64,000 nt of DNA from Oscillibacter sp. (GCA_022791875.1 JAAVZX010000042.1:42911-106910); one strand, 5' to 3'. Numbered from the stretch's first letter, positions 9,226-19,094 are shown. Program-made: numbers and translations. The notes: generated by a model not told the origin, from the letters alone.

Positions 9226-9777
9226 ATGAGAGCAAACCATCTGGCGGTAGTCTTTTCTACGAAGGGACTGCCGCAAAATACGGCCCATGCCTGTGGAACC
9301 ATCTGGACGCAGACAAGCCGGATGCTGTTCCCGGGTTTGGGAAGGTTGTATGACCGCTTTTACCCGGCGGCGCGGCCTTGGGGCGTGGAGATTTCGGCCC
9401 CCTTCGGCGTTGTGCTGGGACGGGACGACCCCTGCGGCTTCCTGCGTCTGTATTTCCGGGCCAGGGAGTTCCGGGAGGAATCCGTTGCCTACCATGTCAG
9501 TGACGCGCTGATGGAATCGGGCCTTGAGAAGCTCCAGACGGCGGGAAATATCCTGATCTGCCCCGTGACGCTGGACGGAACCAACAAGCGTCTTGAGGGC
9601 CACATTTTCTGGCACGCGGCCATGGCCCAGGGTGTGGTTCTGCCGGACTGCGGCGTTTACTACGCAGAGCAAAAGCGGTCCACGGCGGAACCGGGCTTTG
9701 AGAAGGCCGTTGAGAGCACCCCGGCGGATTATGCCCTGAGCATGGTCACGCTGGAGCAGGCGGAGGGCCGGACATGA
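9226..9777 (+). CDS. Hypothetical protein
   Basis: AAGGAG RBS, co-oriented, ATGA overlap with next gene. Confidence 0.7.
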   Translation: MRANHLAVVFSTKGLPQNTAHACGTIWTQTSRMLFPGLGRLYDRFYPAARPWGVEISAPFGVVLGRDDPCGFLRLYFRAREFREESVAYHVSDALMESGLEKLQTAGNILICPVTLDGTNKRLEGHIFWHAAMAQGVVLPDCGVYYAEQKRSTAEPGFEKAVESTPADYALSMVTLEQAEGRT

Positions 9778-10067
9778 AAATGGATCTGAAGGTCCTCTGC
9801 AAGCAGCTGGCCCAGGCAAAAGAGGAAGAAGTCGTTTCCACGGAGATGTGTAATCCGTATCTGATGGAGAAGGTGCTTCGGCCTTTGATGCGGAATGAAA
9901 CGGTACTCCTGAAAGACATTGATTTCAGTCAGTTCGACTCCGAGGACATCCGGGAGATCGCCGATTATTGCGAGTCCCTGGAGATGGAGGGGCAGAAGCT
10001 GATGCAGATGGTTGGCGCTGTGGCCAATCTGGAGCCCGCGGCCTGCAAGGTCCGGCGGTTCTGCTGA
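9774..10067 (+). CDS. Hypothetical protein
   Basis: Translationally coupled 97-aa ORF. Confidence 0.7.
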   Translation: MKMDLKVLCKQLAQAKEEEVVSTEMCNPYLMEKVLRPLMRNETVLLKDIDFSQFDSEDIREIADYCESLEMEGQKLMQMVGAVANLEPAACKVRRFC

Positions 10068-10075
10068 GGTGCGCC

Positions 10076-10630
10076 ATGATGTTTGATATCGACCCCAGCA
10101 CCTTTGAGTTCCTCGCCACGGCGAAAAGAATTTATGACGCCGGACTGATGGACAGTGTACTGGAAACCTGCGGCAATTGGGAGGTCTGTGAGGACTGCTA
10201 TTCCCTTGCCTGGGAGGGCATTTACAGAATCTTCAAGGAGTTCCGCCAGTATTACAACGAAAGAGCCGGAATTGAGACAATGGTGTTTTTCGATCCTGTC
10301 ATCTCGGAGTTTTACCGGCTCTGTGCGCTGTATGAAAACAAGATGGGCGTTGACAAGGACCATTCTCCCCTTCGGAAAGAGGGGGAACAGGGCGTGTACG
10401 GCTGCTTCTGCCTGGATGCTTATGACTACGGCGTGCAGCTCTACGACGGTGAGTGCGGAAAGCCCAGACTGGTCATTCTGGACGGCGAGGAATTCTACGG
10501 ATACTCGGAACTGCCGGAGGCGCTGGCTGATGTGCGCGATACGCTTGAAGCCCACTGCGCACGGCTGAAAAAAGCGTTGGCTGCGGAAACATCCGATGTG
10601 CCGGAACCTACAGAACAGGAGGCGGCCTGA
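10076..10630 (+). CDS. Acidic hypothetical protein immediately upstream of the E2-like gene
   Basis: GAGGTG RBS before ATG 10076; stop abuts the next start. Confidence 0.75.
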   Translation: MMFDIDPSTFEFLATAKRIYDAGLMDSVLETCGNWEVCEDCYSLAWEGIYRIFKEFRQYYNERAGIETMVFFDPVISEFYRLCALYENKMGVDKDHSPLRKEGEQGVYGCFCLDAYDYGVQLYDGECGKPRLVILDGEEFYGYSELPEALADVRDTLEAHCARLKKALAAETSDVPEPTEQEAA

Positions 10631-11308
10631 ATGAACAGCAGCAGCGACACCATTCTGCGCATTTCCCCCGGCAGGGCGGAGGTCTTTGTGGAGCAGGAAG
10701 AAAACGGCGTGATTTCCCGGAAATCCATCGCTCCGGATGCCCTGGCCCGATGCTTCCTGTCCAGCCGGTACGATGATGAGGTCCACGCCACCGGATTCCT
10801 GCCGGAGGGCTGCTTCGCGGCCGCACAGACGGCGAAGCATACCTGGTACTTCATCCGCTACCCGGAGCTGTACGCGGATATTTCGTACTATGACACAGAG
10901 TATCCCCGCTTTCCCATTCCCCGGCTGGTGTTTGGATTCCAGTACCTGACCGGAGAAAAGAAAGTTGTGAAGAGCTATCTGGGCGTGGTGAAGGACGAAC
11001 GGCTAAACCCGGATACACCGCTGTTTGTCTATCCCTTTTCCAACGTCTACGGGGACAACAGCATCTGCCTGGGGAACAATGCCCTGCCAGTCTACAAGGA
11101 CCCGGCACGGCTGCATACCCTGGCGGCGTACATCCTGCGCTTTCCCAACAACAACGATATGTTTTCTCCCAGAAATAACAAGCTGGAGTTGGAGTACCGG
11201 GACCTGTTGGAGCAGCTGAAGGGGAAGGACCCGTCGGTGTACTATTCCCACATTCTGAAGGAGAAGGGGCAGACCTTGAAAGAGTTTATGAATATCGCGA
11301 GGAGGTAA
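10631..11308 (+). CDS. Prokaryotic E2 family D protein (PRTRC protein B-like)
   Basis: FPIPRLVF, TPLFVYPFSNVY..NSICLG with candidate catalytic Cys. Confidence 0.85.
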   Translation: MNSSSDTILRISPGRAEVFVEQEENGVISRKSIAPDALARCFLSSRYDDEVHATGFLPEGCFAAAQTAKHTWYFIRYPELYADISYYDTEYPRFPIPRLVFGFQYLTGEKKVVKSYLGVVKDERLNPDTPLFVYPFSNVYGDNSICLGNNALPVYKDPARLHTLAAYILRFPNNNDMFSPRNNKLELEYRDLLEQLKGKDPSVYYSHILKEKGQTLKEFMNIARR

Positions 11309-11312
11309 CGAA

Positions 11313-12218
11313 ATGGCAAAAAACGACGCCAAGCGCATTCACGAGGAGCTGATGAAGCCCTTCGCTGCGGAGGATCTGGGCTGGCGGCTGCAAAGAACCT
11401 TCGAGTCCCGGGGACAGATGACGGGCATTGCGGTTCCCTACGTGACCAATCGGGCCATTATGAACCGGCTGGACAGCGTGGTGGGCCCTGAGAACTGGTA
11501 CAACGACTTCAAGCCCTGGCACGCCGTGGGGAAGAAGGAATCCCAGCTCTGCGGCATCTCCATCTACTTCGAGGGCCGGGGATTCATCACCAAATGGGAC
11601 GGCGCCGAAGATTCGGACATCGAGTCCGTCAAGGGCGGTCTTTCCGACAGTATGAAGCGGTCCGCTGTTCAGTGGGGCATTGGCCGCGCTCTCTACAACA
11701 TGGACACGGTTTTCGTGGAAGTGGAGCAGCGGGGCAAGAGCTGGGTCATCAAGAAGAACCAGCGTGCCAAACTGGATAAAGCCTATCTGGATATGCTGAG
11801 CGCCATGGGATTGAAGCTCGTTTCCGCCGGAGGCGTCCAGTCTCTGCTGGAGGACGACGACGGAGAACCGGATGCGCTTCCCAAGCAGACCGGTACCCCG
11901 GCCATTCCCGCCGGAAATGCCCAGCCCGCTCCGAAGCCGCAGCAGGCCCCGGAGAAAAAGCCGGGAACCCTGCCCAAGACCGCCTGCGTCGTCACGGATA
12001 TGCGGATGCAGAAGGGGATGCAGTCCACCACCACCGTATTGAAGCTGAAAAACGCGGAGGGCAAGGAGATTTCTGCCTTTGCTCAGGGGGAGCATCCCAT
12101 GCTTGCGCCCGGCACAGTGCTGGTGAACACGAAGCTGACCACCCGGCAACAGGACTCCGTGACCTACTATGTCCTGGAATCCTATGACATTCTCCCGCCG
12201 GACCAGCGGGCGGCGTAG
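11313..12218 (+). CDS. Rad52/Rad22-family single-strand annealing protein
   Basis: PYVTNRAIMNRLDSVVGPENW and KGGLSDSMKRSAVQWGIGRALY; extra C-terminal beta domain. Confidence 0.9.
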   Translation: MAKNDAKRIHEELMKPFAAEDLGWRLQRTFESRGQMTGIAVPYVTNRAIMNRLDSVVGPENWYNDFKPWHAVGKKESQLCGISIYFEGRGFITKWDGAEDSDIESVKGGLSDSMKRSAVQWGIGRALYNMDTVFVEVEQRGKSWVIKKNQRAKLDKAYLDMLSAMGLKLVSAGGVQSLLEDDDGEPDALPKQTGTPAIPAGNAQPAPKPQQAPEKKPGTLPKTACVVTDMRMQKGMQSTTTVLKLKNAEGKEISAFAQGEHPMLAPGTVLVNTKLTTRQQDSVTYYVLESYDILPPDQRAA

Positions 12219-12232
12219 GAAAGGAGCGTTCT

Positions 12233-14065
12233 GTGGAAACCATCAAGTCTTTCCAGATCACCGGCATGACCATTTCCGGCTTCAAGTGCTATCAGGAGTC
12301 CACGGAATTGACCTTCGGCAACCCCACGGTCATCACCGGCGGCAACGGGCGGGGCAAAACCAGCGTGGCCGACGCTATCGCCTTTGCGGTGACGGGCCTC
12401 CCGTTCTTCGGAGAGCGGGGGCTGGACCGGCTGCACAATGAAATCAATCCGGACGTCCGCATTGCCATGCGCTTTGTGGACGGCGCGGGGAAGGCCCATG
12501 AGCTGGTCCGTACCCGGCAGGGCGGCAAGATGCGCATTACCTATGACGGCGTCGAGATTCGCCAGCTGGACCTGAACGACCTCTTTGGCGAGCGGGACGT
12601 GTTCCTCTCCATCTTCAATCCCCTGTATTTCATTGAAGAGTTGGGAAACGACGGGAAGAATCTTCTGGAACGGTATCTTCCGGAACTCCCGATGGAAAAA
12701 GTTCTGGAACAGCTTCCTGGCGACCTGGCTTTCGTTTTGAAGGATGAATCTCTGCTTTCTCCGATGACCTACCTGAAAAACAAACGGGCGGATATCCGGA
12801 ATCTGGAGGAACGCATTCTCTATATGCAGGGCCAGCGGAACCAGGCGGAGGCACAGGGCAAGGCTCGCCTCCAAATGGCCGAAGCCGCCGCCCAGAAGCA
12901 GGCCGCGCTCCGGGAGGAACTGACCGCTCTGGGGGAAAAGCAGTTTTACGGGCTGGATATTTCCGCCATGCAGGAGCGTCTGGTGGAACTGAGCGACCGC
13001 TATGAAGAAACCCTGCGGGACAGCGGCGGCTATGAGGAACTGGAACAGCTCTCCGAACTTCAGGCGAAAATCGCCAAAAGACAGGCGGAGCGGTATCAGT
13101 CCCGGTACGCTCAGCCCTTGGCAGAAACGGGAGCCCAGGTAAAGAATCTGGCGGCGCGTTACCAGCGGGAGAGTCAGAACTTCAAGTGCCTCTCTGCGGG
13201 AAATCCTTGTCCCACCTGTCACCGGCCCATTCCAGCGGACGCATTGCCGTCGGTGCAGGCGGAGATCAAAAAGACCGTTGACGCCATCGTCGCCGAGGGC
13301 AAGGCAAAGCGGGCCCAGCTTGTGGAGCTCCAGGAGCTGGACCGGAAAGCCGCCGGTACCTTTGAGCAGTTCAAGGTCGGCGATCTGGAGAAGTGGTCCC
13401 GGGAGGCCGCAGAGTTGGAATCCCGCCGACAGATGTTGACGGAGGCCATTTCCCAGCAGGCGGAAGCCATGCGGCAGGAGATCCAGACGCTGAGTATGAG
13501 CATCGAGTACGGCAATCTCAGCCAGGAGGAGTTCGACCGCCTGAAAGAGTGCCGGGAGGAATTGCGTCAGTGCGCCGCTGATTTGAAAGCTGTGGAATCG
13601 TCTGCGACTGTAACCCCAGAGGACATTGACAGACAGATCAGCCAGGCCAACGAGCAGATCGCGGCGCTGAAAAAGCAGATTGCCAACGCCGCGCAGTACG
13701 TTTCCAAGCGGGCGGAGCTGCTGTTTTCCGCTTTGAAAATGAACCGGGTGGAGATTTCCCTCTACGATGTGGTGAAGTCCACCGGCGAGGTCAAGGACGC
13801 TTTCAAGTTCACTTACTCCGGACGGCGCTATGACCGGCTGTCCCTGTCCGAGAAGATTCGTGCGGGCATGGAGGTTTCCGAGCTGATGAAGCGCCTTACC
13901 GGGCGGAACTATCCGGTTTTCGTGGACAATATGGAGTCCGTGGACGATCTTGCCAACGTCCGGCCTACAGGTCAGGTCATCATGGCGAAGTGTGTGCGGG
14001 GAGCGGCGCTTTCCGTTCAGCCTTTGAATCCCATCCCGGCGGCGGGACAGCAGAAAGCCGCGTGA
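12233..14065 (+). CDS. Rad50/SbcC/SMC-like coiled-coil ABC ATPase
   Basis: Walker A GGNGRGKTS, long coiled coil with CPTC zinc hook, LSLSEK signature, Walker B VFVDNME. Confidence 0.9.
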   Translation: METIKSFQITGMTISGFKCYQESTELTFGNPTVITGGNGRGKTSVADAIAFAVTGLPFFGERGLDRLHNEINPDVRIAMRFVDGAGKAHELVRTRQGGKMRITYDGVEIRQLDLNDLFGERDVFLSIFNPLYFIEELGNDGKNLLERYLPELPMEKVLEQLPGDLAFVLKDESLLSPMTYLKNKRADIRNLEERILYMQGQRNQAEAQGKARLQMAEAAAQKQAALREELTALGEKQFYGLDISAMQERLVELSDRYEETLRDSGGYEELEQLSELQAKIAKRQAERYQSRYAQPLAETGAQVKNLAARYQRESQNFKCLSAGNPCPTCHRPIPADALPSVQAEIKKTVDAIVAEGKAKRAQLVELQELDRKAAGTFEQFKVGDLEKWSREAAELESRRQMLTEAISQQAEAMRQEIQTLSMSIEYGNLSQEEFDRLKECREELRQCAADLKAVESSATVTPEDIDRQISQANEQIAALKKQIANAAQYVSKRAELLFSALKMNRVEISLYDVVKSTGEVKDAFKFTYSGRRYDRLSLSEKIRAGMEVSELMKRLTGRNYPVFVDNMESVDDLANVRPTGQVIMAKCVRGAALSVQPLNPIPAAGQQKAA

Positions 14066-14095
14066 CCGATTTGCATTAAGGGGGAGGCGTGCCGC

Positions 14096-15157
14096 ATGGT
14101 CTATCAGAAAATCCCAATCGTGGAAACGGCCCGGCGGTGCGGGCTGGTCATCGACTCCCGGACGCTCCGGCGTCTGGAGGTCGAGGCCAGCTGCCCCTTC
14201 TGCGGCGACCACGGGCCGGGAAAATACCACCTCAGCCTCAACACGGACAAGGACCAATACCGTTGCAACCTCTGCGGAGCTCATGGCAACAGCGTTTCCC
14301 TGTATGCCAGAATCAAGGGAATCACCAACAAAGAGGCGTTCCGGGAGCTGTCCGGGGATACAAAATTCTATCCCTTTCCCCGGCAGCCGGAGCCTCGAAA
14401 CACGGAGCGGCAGCCGCTTCCATTGGAACAGCGCCACGCCGCATACACGGATATGCTGGAACATCTGACGCTTCTGGACCGGCATCGTGAAAACCTGCTG
14501 GGCCGGGGGCTGTCCATGGAGCGCATCCATGAAAATCAGTACCGCAGTATGCCGGAAACCGACCGGAGCCGGAAACTTCTCGCGGAGCTTCTTCGAGCCA
14601 GCGGCCATGAACTGCTGGGGCTTCCGGGCTTTCGTACATACTACGGCGAATGGACCCTCAGTGGTCCCACGGGCTTCCTAATCCCCGTCCGGAACAGGGA
14701 CGGACTGATTCAGGGCCTCAAAATACGGTTAGACGACGCGGATTCCCCGAACCGCAAGTACCGCTGGCTTTCCAGCCGGGGACTGCCTGACGGGACCCGC
14801 AGCTATTCCTGGGTTCATGTCACTGGAAATACCACCAGCAAACGGGCTTTCATCACAGAGGGGCCGCTGAAGGGCGACGCCGCCAGCTTTCTGGCAAACG
14901 ACGCACTCTTCGTCTGTGTCGGCGGCGTCAACGCCATCCATGGACTGAAGGATACCTTGCTTGAGCTTGGCGTCCGGGAGGTCGTGGAGGCGATGGACAT
15001 GGACCAGATGACCAATGAGAACGTGCGGAAGGCCGTTCTCGAAATGCGCCGGGAGGTTCAGACAATCCCGGGAATCCGGTACTACAAATATTCCTGGAAT
15101 CCGGCCTACAAGGGCGTGGACGACTACCTTTTGAGCCGGAAAACTGCCGAGATGTAA
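14096..15157 (+). CDS. Primase-like protein (CHC2 zinc finger plus Toprim, DUF3854-like)
   Basis: CPFC..H..CNLC; ITEGPLKGD, DMD, KGVDDYL. Confidence 0.85.
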   Translation: MVYQKIPIVETARRCGLVIDSRTLRRLEVEASCPFCGDHGPGKYHLSLNTDKDQYRCNLCGAHGNSVSLYARIKGITNKEAFRELSGDTKFYPFPRQPEPRNTERQPLPLEQRHAAYTDMLEHLTLLDRHRENLLGRGLSMERIHENQYRSMPETDRSRKLLAELLRASGHELLGLPGFRTYYGEWTLSGPTGFLIPVRNRDGLIQGLKIRLDDADSPNRKYRWLSSRGLPDGTRSYSWVHVTGNTTSKRAFITEGPLKGDAASFLANDALFVCVGGVNAIHGLKDTLLELGVREVVEAMDMDQMTNENVRKAVLEMRREVQTIPGIRYYKYSWNPAYKGVDDYLLSRKTAEM

Positions 15158-15174
15158 ATGGAAAGGATGAACAT

Positions 15175-16149
15175 ATGGGAGAAATCATTGATATGCGCGG
15201 AAAAGTCGCCGCCGCTGAGGGCGACAAGGACCATATGCTGGGGAAGTTCCTCTACTTCTCTCTGGCGAATCTCCTGGTGGAGAAGGACGCTCTGGCCAAG
15301 CTCTGCGAGGACCTGGGCATCCCTTACACCGGCGGCAAGCGGCTGTCTGTTTCTGACGCTTTCCGCTCCGCCACTGGCGACATTCAGGAGCGCATCCCCA
15401 TAACCAGGATGGGGGAGTCTCACATCTACCTGGCTTACTGCCGGGACAACAAGCGCACCACGGAGGTTCTCTCCCGGGAGCTGGTGAAGGAAACGCTGAA
15501 TCAGCAGACCAACCAGTACGAAAAGCTGGCGAACATCAGCTACGACAAGCGGGATGGCTCGTTCCGCTGTGATAATCTGGTGATGGACGATGTGGTGGAT
15601 GTGCTGAAATGCTGCCGTCAGGCGGAGGAACTGTTTGAGCTCTATCAGCGCTGCGCCAACCGCAAGCAGGTGGAGACGATCTGCTCCAATTTCCTGCGGT
15701 CCATTGAGGCCACCAAGCTCAGCATCACCGGCTACCTCTACTTTGTCCCCCGGACCTTTATGGAGAAGGTGGATGTCTTCGAAGAATTTATTAACTTCCT
15801 GGGAGAATTGAACCAGAAAAAAACTCCTCTAGTAGTCAACTCCTTCTACATCATCGACGACGAAAAGCAGAGGGGCAAGATGACCGAGGAGTTCTACGCG
15901 GCGGTGAAAAAGGAGATCGCCGAGTACCAGGAGCGGGCGGACTACTTCATCCACTCCGGGTGCCAGAGCCCGGCGGTGCTGGAGCGCTGGGCCTTGAAGA
16001 TTCAGGGCCTGGAGGCGCGGAAACAGCACTACGAGCAGGTGCTCCGCCGGGAGTTGGACGGTCTGGATGACGAGTTCAGCACGCTGAAATTCCTGGGCCA
16101 GGAGCTTCAGAACCGGGCGAAGAACATCCGATTTCAAAAGGCGGCGTAA
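15175..16149 (+). CDS. Conserved mobile-element hypothetical protein (DUF6744/DUF3150-like)
   Basis: 324-aa ORF with RBS; SDAFRSAT, GYLYFVP and helical C-terminus; family name tentative. Confidence 0.65.
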   Translation: MGEIIDMRGKVAAAEGDKDHMLGKFLYFSLANLLVEKDALAKLCEDLGIPYTGGKRLSVSDAFRSATGDIQERIPITRMGESHIYLAYCRDNKRTTEVLSRELVKETLNQQTNQYEKLANISYDKRDGSFRCDNLVMDDVVDVLKCCRQAEELFELYQRCANRKQVETICSNFLRSIEATKLSITGYLYFVPRTFMEKVDVFEEFINFLGELNQKKTPLVVNSFYIIDDEKQRGKMTEEFYAAVKKEIAEYQERADYFIHSGCQSPAVLERWALKIQGLEARKQHYEQVLRRELDGLDDEFSTLKFLGQELQNRAKNIRFQKAA

Positions 16150-16159
16150 TTAACCAGGG

Positions 16160-16196
16160 AGGCGGGGAGAAGCGATTCTCTCCGCCTTTTCCTTTT
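16160..16196 (+). terminator. Intrinsic terminator closing the 13 kb cluster
   Basis: AGGCGGGGAGA-AGCGAT-TCTCTCCGCCT then T-runs. Confidence 0.8.
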
Positions 16197-16431
16197 GGGC
16201 AACAGGCATATTTCCAAATGTGGCTCTCCCAGACTACGCAAGACGCTTTTTCAAGTCATATCCACGCTCATTCAACACGCCCCCGCTGATGATCCTGTAT
16301 TTCAGTTCCTTGACCGCAAAAGGCAGGAGGGCAAGCATTACTACGTCTACATGACTGCTGCGGCCAACAAGTTCTCGAGAATCTATTACGGTACCGTCAA
16401 GACTTATTTAGCGGAGCTGCAGACTGAATAA
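16195..16431 (+). pseudogene. IS110-family transposase C-terminal fragment
   Basis: ISKCGSPRLRKTL..KRQEGKHYYVYMTAAANKF.RIYY. Confidence 0.8.
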
Positions 16432-16629
16432 CATTTGATTTTTGTTCCTATCTTTTGGCCGCCTGAATACAACGGTCTGCTTTGCTATACCTATTTTCTT
16501 GCAATCATTTTTCTTCCTTTTTTCCTTTTGGGCCTTGACAACTCTTGGCAGGTTTTGCAGGGCTCACCCTATTCTACCATACCGTAACAAAAAAGTCTGC
16601 CGAAAGGCAAACCTTTTCGACAAACTGAA

Positions 16630-16764
16630 GGGGTACCGAAAGGCATCCTTTCTTTGGTAATTGGGTGTTGCACTTTTGTGGTAAAATCTGTCTAATAATA
16701 CAGAAGGAACACGAAGCCGGTGATCCCACACCTCCGGGGGCGCGAAAGGAATAGTCCAATGCAG
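16630..16764 (+). repeat. Copy 1 of a ~135-bp terminator/promoter/RBS cassette
   Basis: Near-identical to the reverse complement of 32645-32780; similarity ends at ATGCAG. Confidence 0.9.
16666..16696 (+). promoter_or_regulatory. Putative ECF sigma promoter
   Basis: TGTTGCA-N17-GTCTAAT. Confidence 0.6.
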
Positions 16765-16833
16765 CTCTAAGCAGTATCCCATCACGTTGAACAAATTCAA
16801 AACAAATATAAAAAGAAAATGAGTTTCAAAATA

Positions 16834-17200
16834 ATGAAGAAGATTCGTAATCTGACGTCGCTGGTTCTGGCTCTGGCCCTGAGCCTAGCGCTCTGCATCC
16901 CCGCATTTGCCGCTGAGACGAATTGTGGAACGGAAGTCTACGATCTGGGCAATGGGGTTATCGTTACCCTCGCTGTCTAGGACGGAGATATTGCGATGCC
17001 TTACGATTCACAGTCGGGCGGCTACTCCTGGACGAGCGAATATAGGCGTCAGAACTTCACGCTGGGTTCCAATAACGGTCCATACTTCGATGGGTATGTG
17101 TGGAATTGTGATGATAACCGCAGTGCTCAACTGGCGGTTGACTATGTGATTTCTATCACTGGTCAGAAGAGTAATAGTACTCTCCCCACAAAAACGCTGT
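16834..17200 (+). pseudogene. Secreted protein pseudogene (in-frame TAG, truncated by IS3 remnant)
   Basis: Signal peptide MKKIRNLTSLVLALALSLALCIPAFA; TAG at 16978; same frame continues DGDIAMPYDSQ. Confidence 0.7.
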
Positions 17201-17791
17201 CTGAAGCGGGACTTTCAGGCAGACAAGCCGTTAGAAAAGTGCATCACCGACATCACCGAGATTAAGACGAAAGATGGAAAGCTGTACGTCTCGGCCATGT
17301 TCGACTGCTTCGACCTCACTGTCCTGGGGCTGGCTATGGACACGAACATGAAAGCACAGTTGTGTGTGCGCACACTGAGCGGCGCGGCGGCAGCCTATCC
17401 GGCCTTACGGGGAGCTGTCATCCACTCGGACCGGGGTCCCAGTACACCAGCGGCGCCTACCGGGCGGTGGTCCGGCAGTATGGTATCCGCCAGAGCATGA
17501 ACAGCGACGGCGGGCGCTACCACGACAACGCCCGCTGCGAGAGTATGTGGGTCAGGATGAAGAGCGAACTCTTCTACGGCCGCCTAGACCCGGAGCGCCT
17601 GACCGTTGAGGAATTGAAGACTTTGGTCTGGAGGTACTTCATCAGCTACTGGAACCGCGGACGCATCTGCTCCGCCAACGGCGGCCTCCCGCCGCTGGTG
17701 AAGCGCCAGAGATACTTTGCCGCTCTGCCCGCCGCCGTTTAACGGGCTAATTCCTTTGCGTTTTTTGTGTCAACTAATATTGACAAAATCA
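17201..17791 (+). pseudogene. IS3-family transposase 3' remnant with right end
   Basis: LKRDFQADKPLEKCITDITE, HSDRG/SQY (frameshifted), DNARCES; terminus TGTCAACTAATATTGACAAAATCA. Confidence 0.85.
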
Positions 17792-17949
17792 CTTTGAAAG
17801 CAATCTACGACTTGCTTTACCATGCGTTGTAGTATGCTTTTTCCACAACTCATTTTTCACAACTCAATTTTATAAGAAAGGCGACCGTTTGTCTGCACTC
17901 TTTCATCCCTATTTGTGCAGGCTATTTAATGGTCGGCATGGTGATCATC

Positions 17950-19083
17950 ATGAAAAAAACTTTATTGGCAGTTCTTGCAATTCTCGTTCTGTTAGTACAA
18001 GCCCCAATCGCATTCGCTGATTCTGATTTGGAGCCGCTTTCTTCCAGTTCCGTCTACGCTAAAGCAAACGAAGTTGTATCTGTCGCTGCACAGCAATGCA
18101 TCATTCCTGGGCAGAAGGATGGCCAAATCACCAATCTTTATATGGCGGAAAGTATTCCCCTTTATGAAGTTGGTAATGATGGTTCCCTTGTTGAAGTGTC
18201 TACACTTAAATACTACCCAGTTCTTGACCAAAGTGGCATTGTTCGCGGACTGATCATAGCAAGACTGGAGGAATATGATGGGGGCGGTACTGTAGCTACG
18301 GCGGAATATAATACAATGTTCTGTGATGAGCTGACCTTAGCCAAAGAAAATCTTTCCAATATCTGCTTTATTTTTGATCGTGTAAGTATATATATGTATG
18401 ATGGCTATGAATATACATTTTTGCTTGAAACTGATAATCCTGATATGTCTCTTGGCGTTTTTAATATTGCGGGACGAATGGGAAATCAACTTGAACGCAA
18501 CCTGATTGTTGCAAATAAGGAATTTGATTTAACCATAACCACCGATCCAACTCCGGGAACAAGTGGTATGATCAATGTTCCACATACCAATCAATATGTA
18601 GATCAAAATGAAACAAAATGGAGAAATGGATGCTGGGCCGCTAGCTCTATATGTGTTGGTAGCTATCTTAACAGCTCTGTTAATCTAACTATGGATGATA
18701 TCATGAATAAATATGCTGGTGGAGAAGATGTAACTAAATTTTATACGATAATAAATACCATTTTAAAACATGAATATGGAGTAATTGCTACCACTTTTTC
18801 AAAAAATCTTACATTGGATATTATTGTAAAAAATATTGGAAATGGCATCAATAATGGCAGACCTATGACAGCAAGGGCCGCTTATGACGGATTATTAAGT
18901 GGACACTTTTTTGTTGTTTGTGGATATGCAAAAGATATGAGCAATCGATATGTAACAATTATGGACCCTCTAGGTGGTCAATATCGAATTATGACCACTG
19001 GTGGAACGCAGGATAATCTTATATATAAAGACTCAAAAAGTAGCAGAACATATCCAGTCACTATATATCATGTCATGAACTGA
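17950..19083 (+). CDS. Secreted papain-like cysteine peptidase (C39-like) with long pro-region
   Basis: Signal peptide; Q..NGCWAA, GHFFVVCGY, IMDP. Confidence 0.75.
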   Translation: MKKTLLAVLAILVLLVQAPIAFADSDLEPLSSSSVYAKANEVVSVAAQQCIIPGQKDGQITNLYMAESIPLYEVGNDGSLVEVSTLKYYPVLDQSGIVRGLIIARLEEYDGGGTVATAEYNTMFCDELTLAKENLSNICFIFDRVSIYMYDGYEYTFLLETDNPDMSLGVFNIAGRMGNQLERNLIVANKEFDLTITTDPTPGTSGMINVPHTNQYVDQNETKWRNGCWAASSICVGSYLNSSVNLTMDDIMNKYAGGEDVTKFYTIINTILKHEYGVIATTFSKNLTLDIIVKNIGNGINNGRPMTARAAYDGLLSGHFFVVCGYAKDMSNRYVTIMDPLGGQYRIMTTGGTQDNLIYKDSKSSRTYPVTIYHVMN

Positions 19084-19094
19084 GGACAATATAT

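Noticed and set aside
12182-14608. 808-aa minus-strand ORF, and similar ones at 3255-4829, 28160-29179 and 56698-58458
   Set aside because: Antisense shadows of GC3-biased real genes; no motifs
16585-16650. Possible c-di-GMP-I riboswitch (GGCAAACC..GG..AAAG)
   Set aside because: Lacks the GNRA loop and GACGCAAA core; TTTTCGACAAACTG looks more like an IS end or intergenic repeat
16564-16800. ORF sharing LHWT..HRLRVPSVLLDRFYH with ORF 32465-32869
   Set aside because: Both are antisense translations of the duplicated non-coding cassette
16978-16980. In-frame TAG as programmed read-through
   Set aside because: The gene is also truncated by an IS3 remnant; simple decay is more likely
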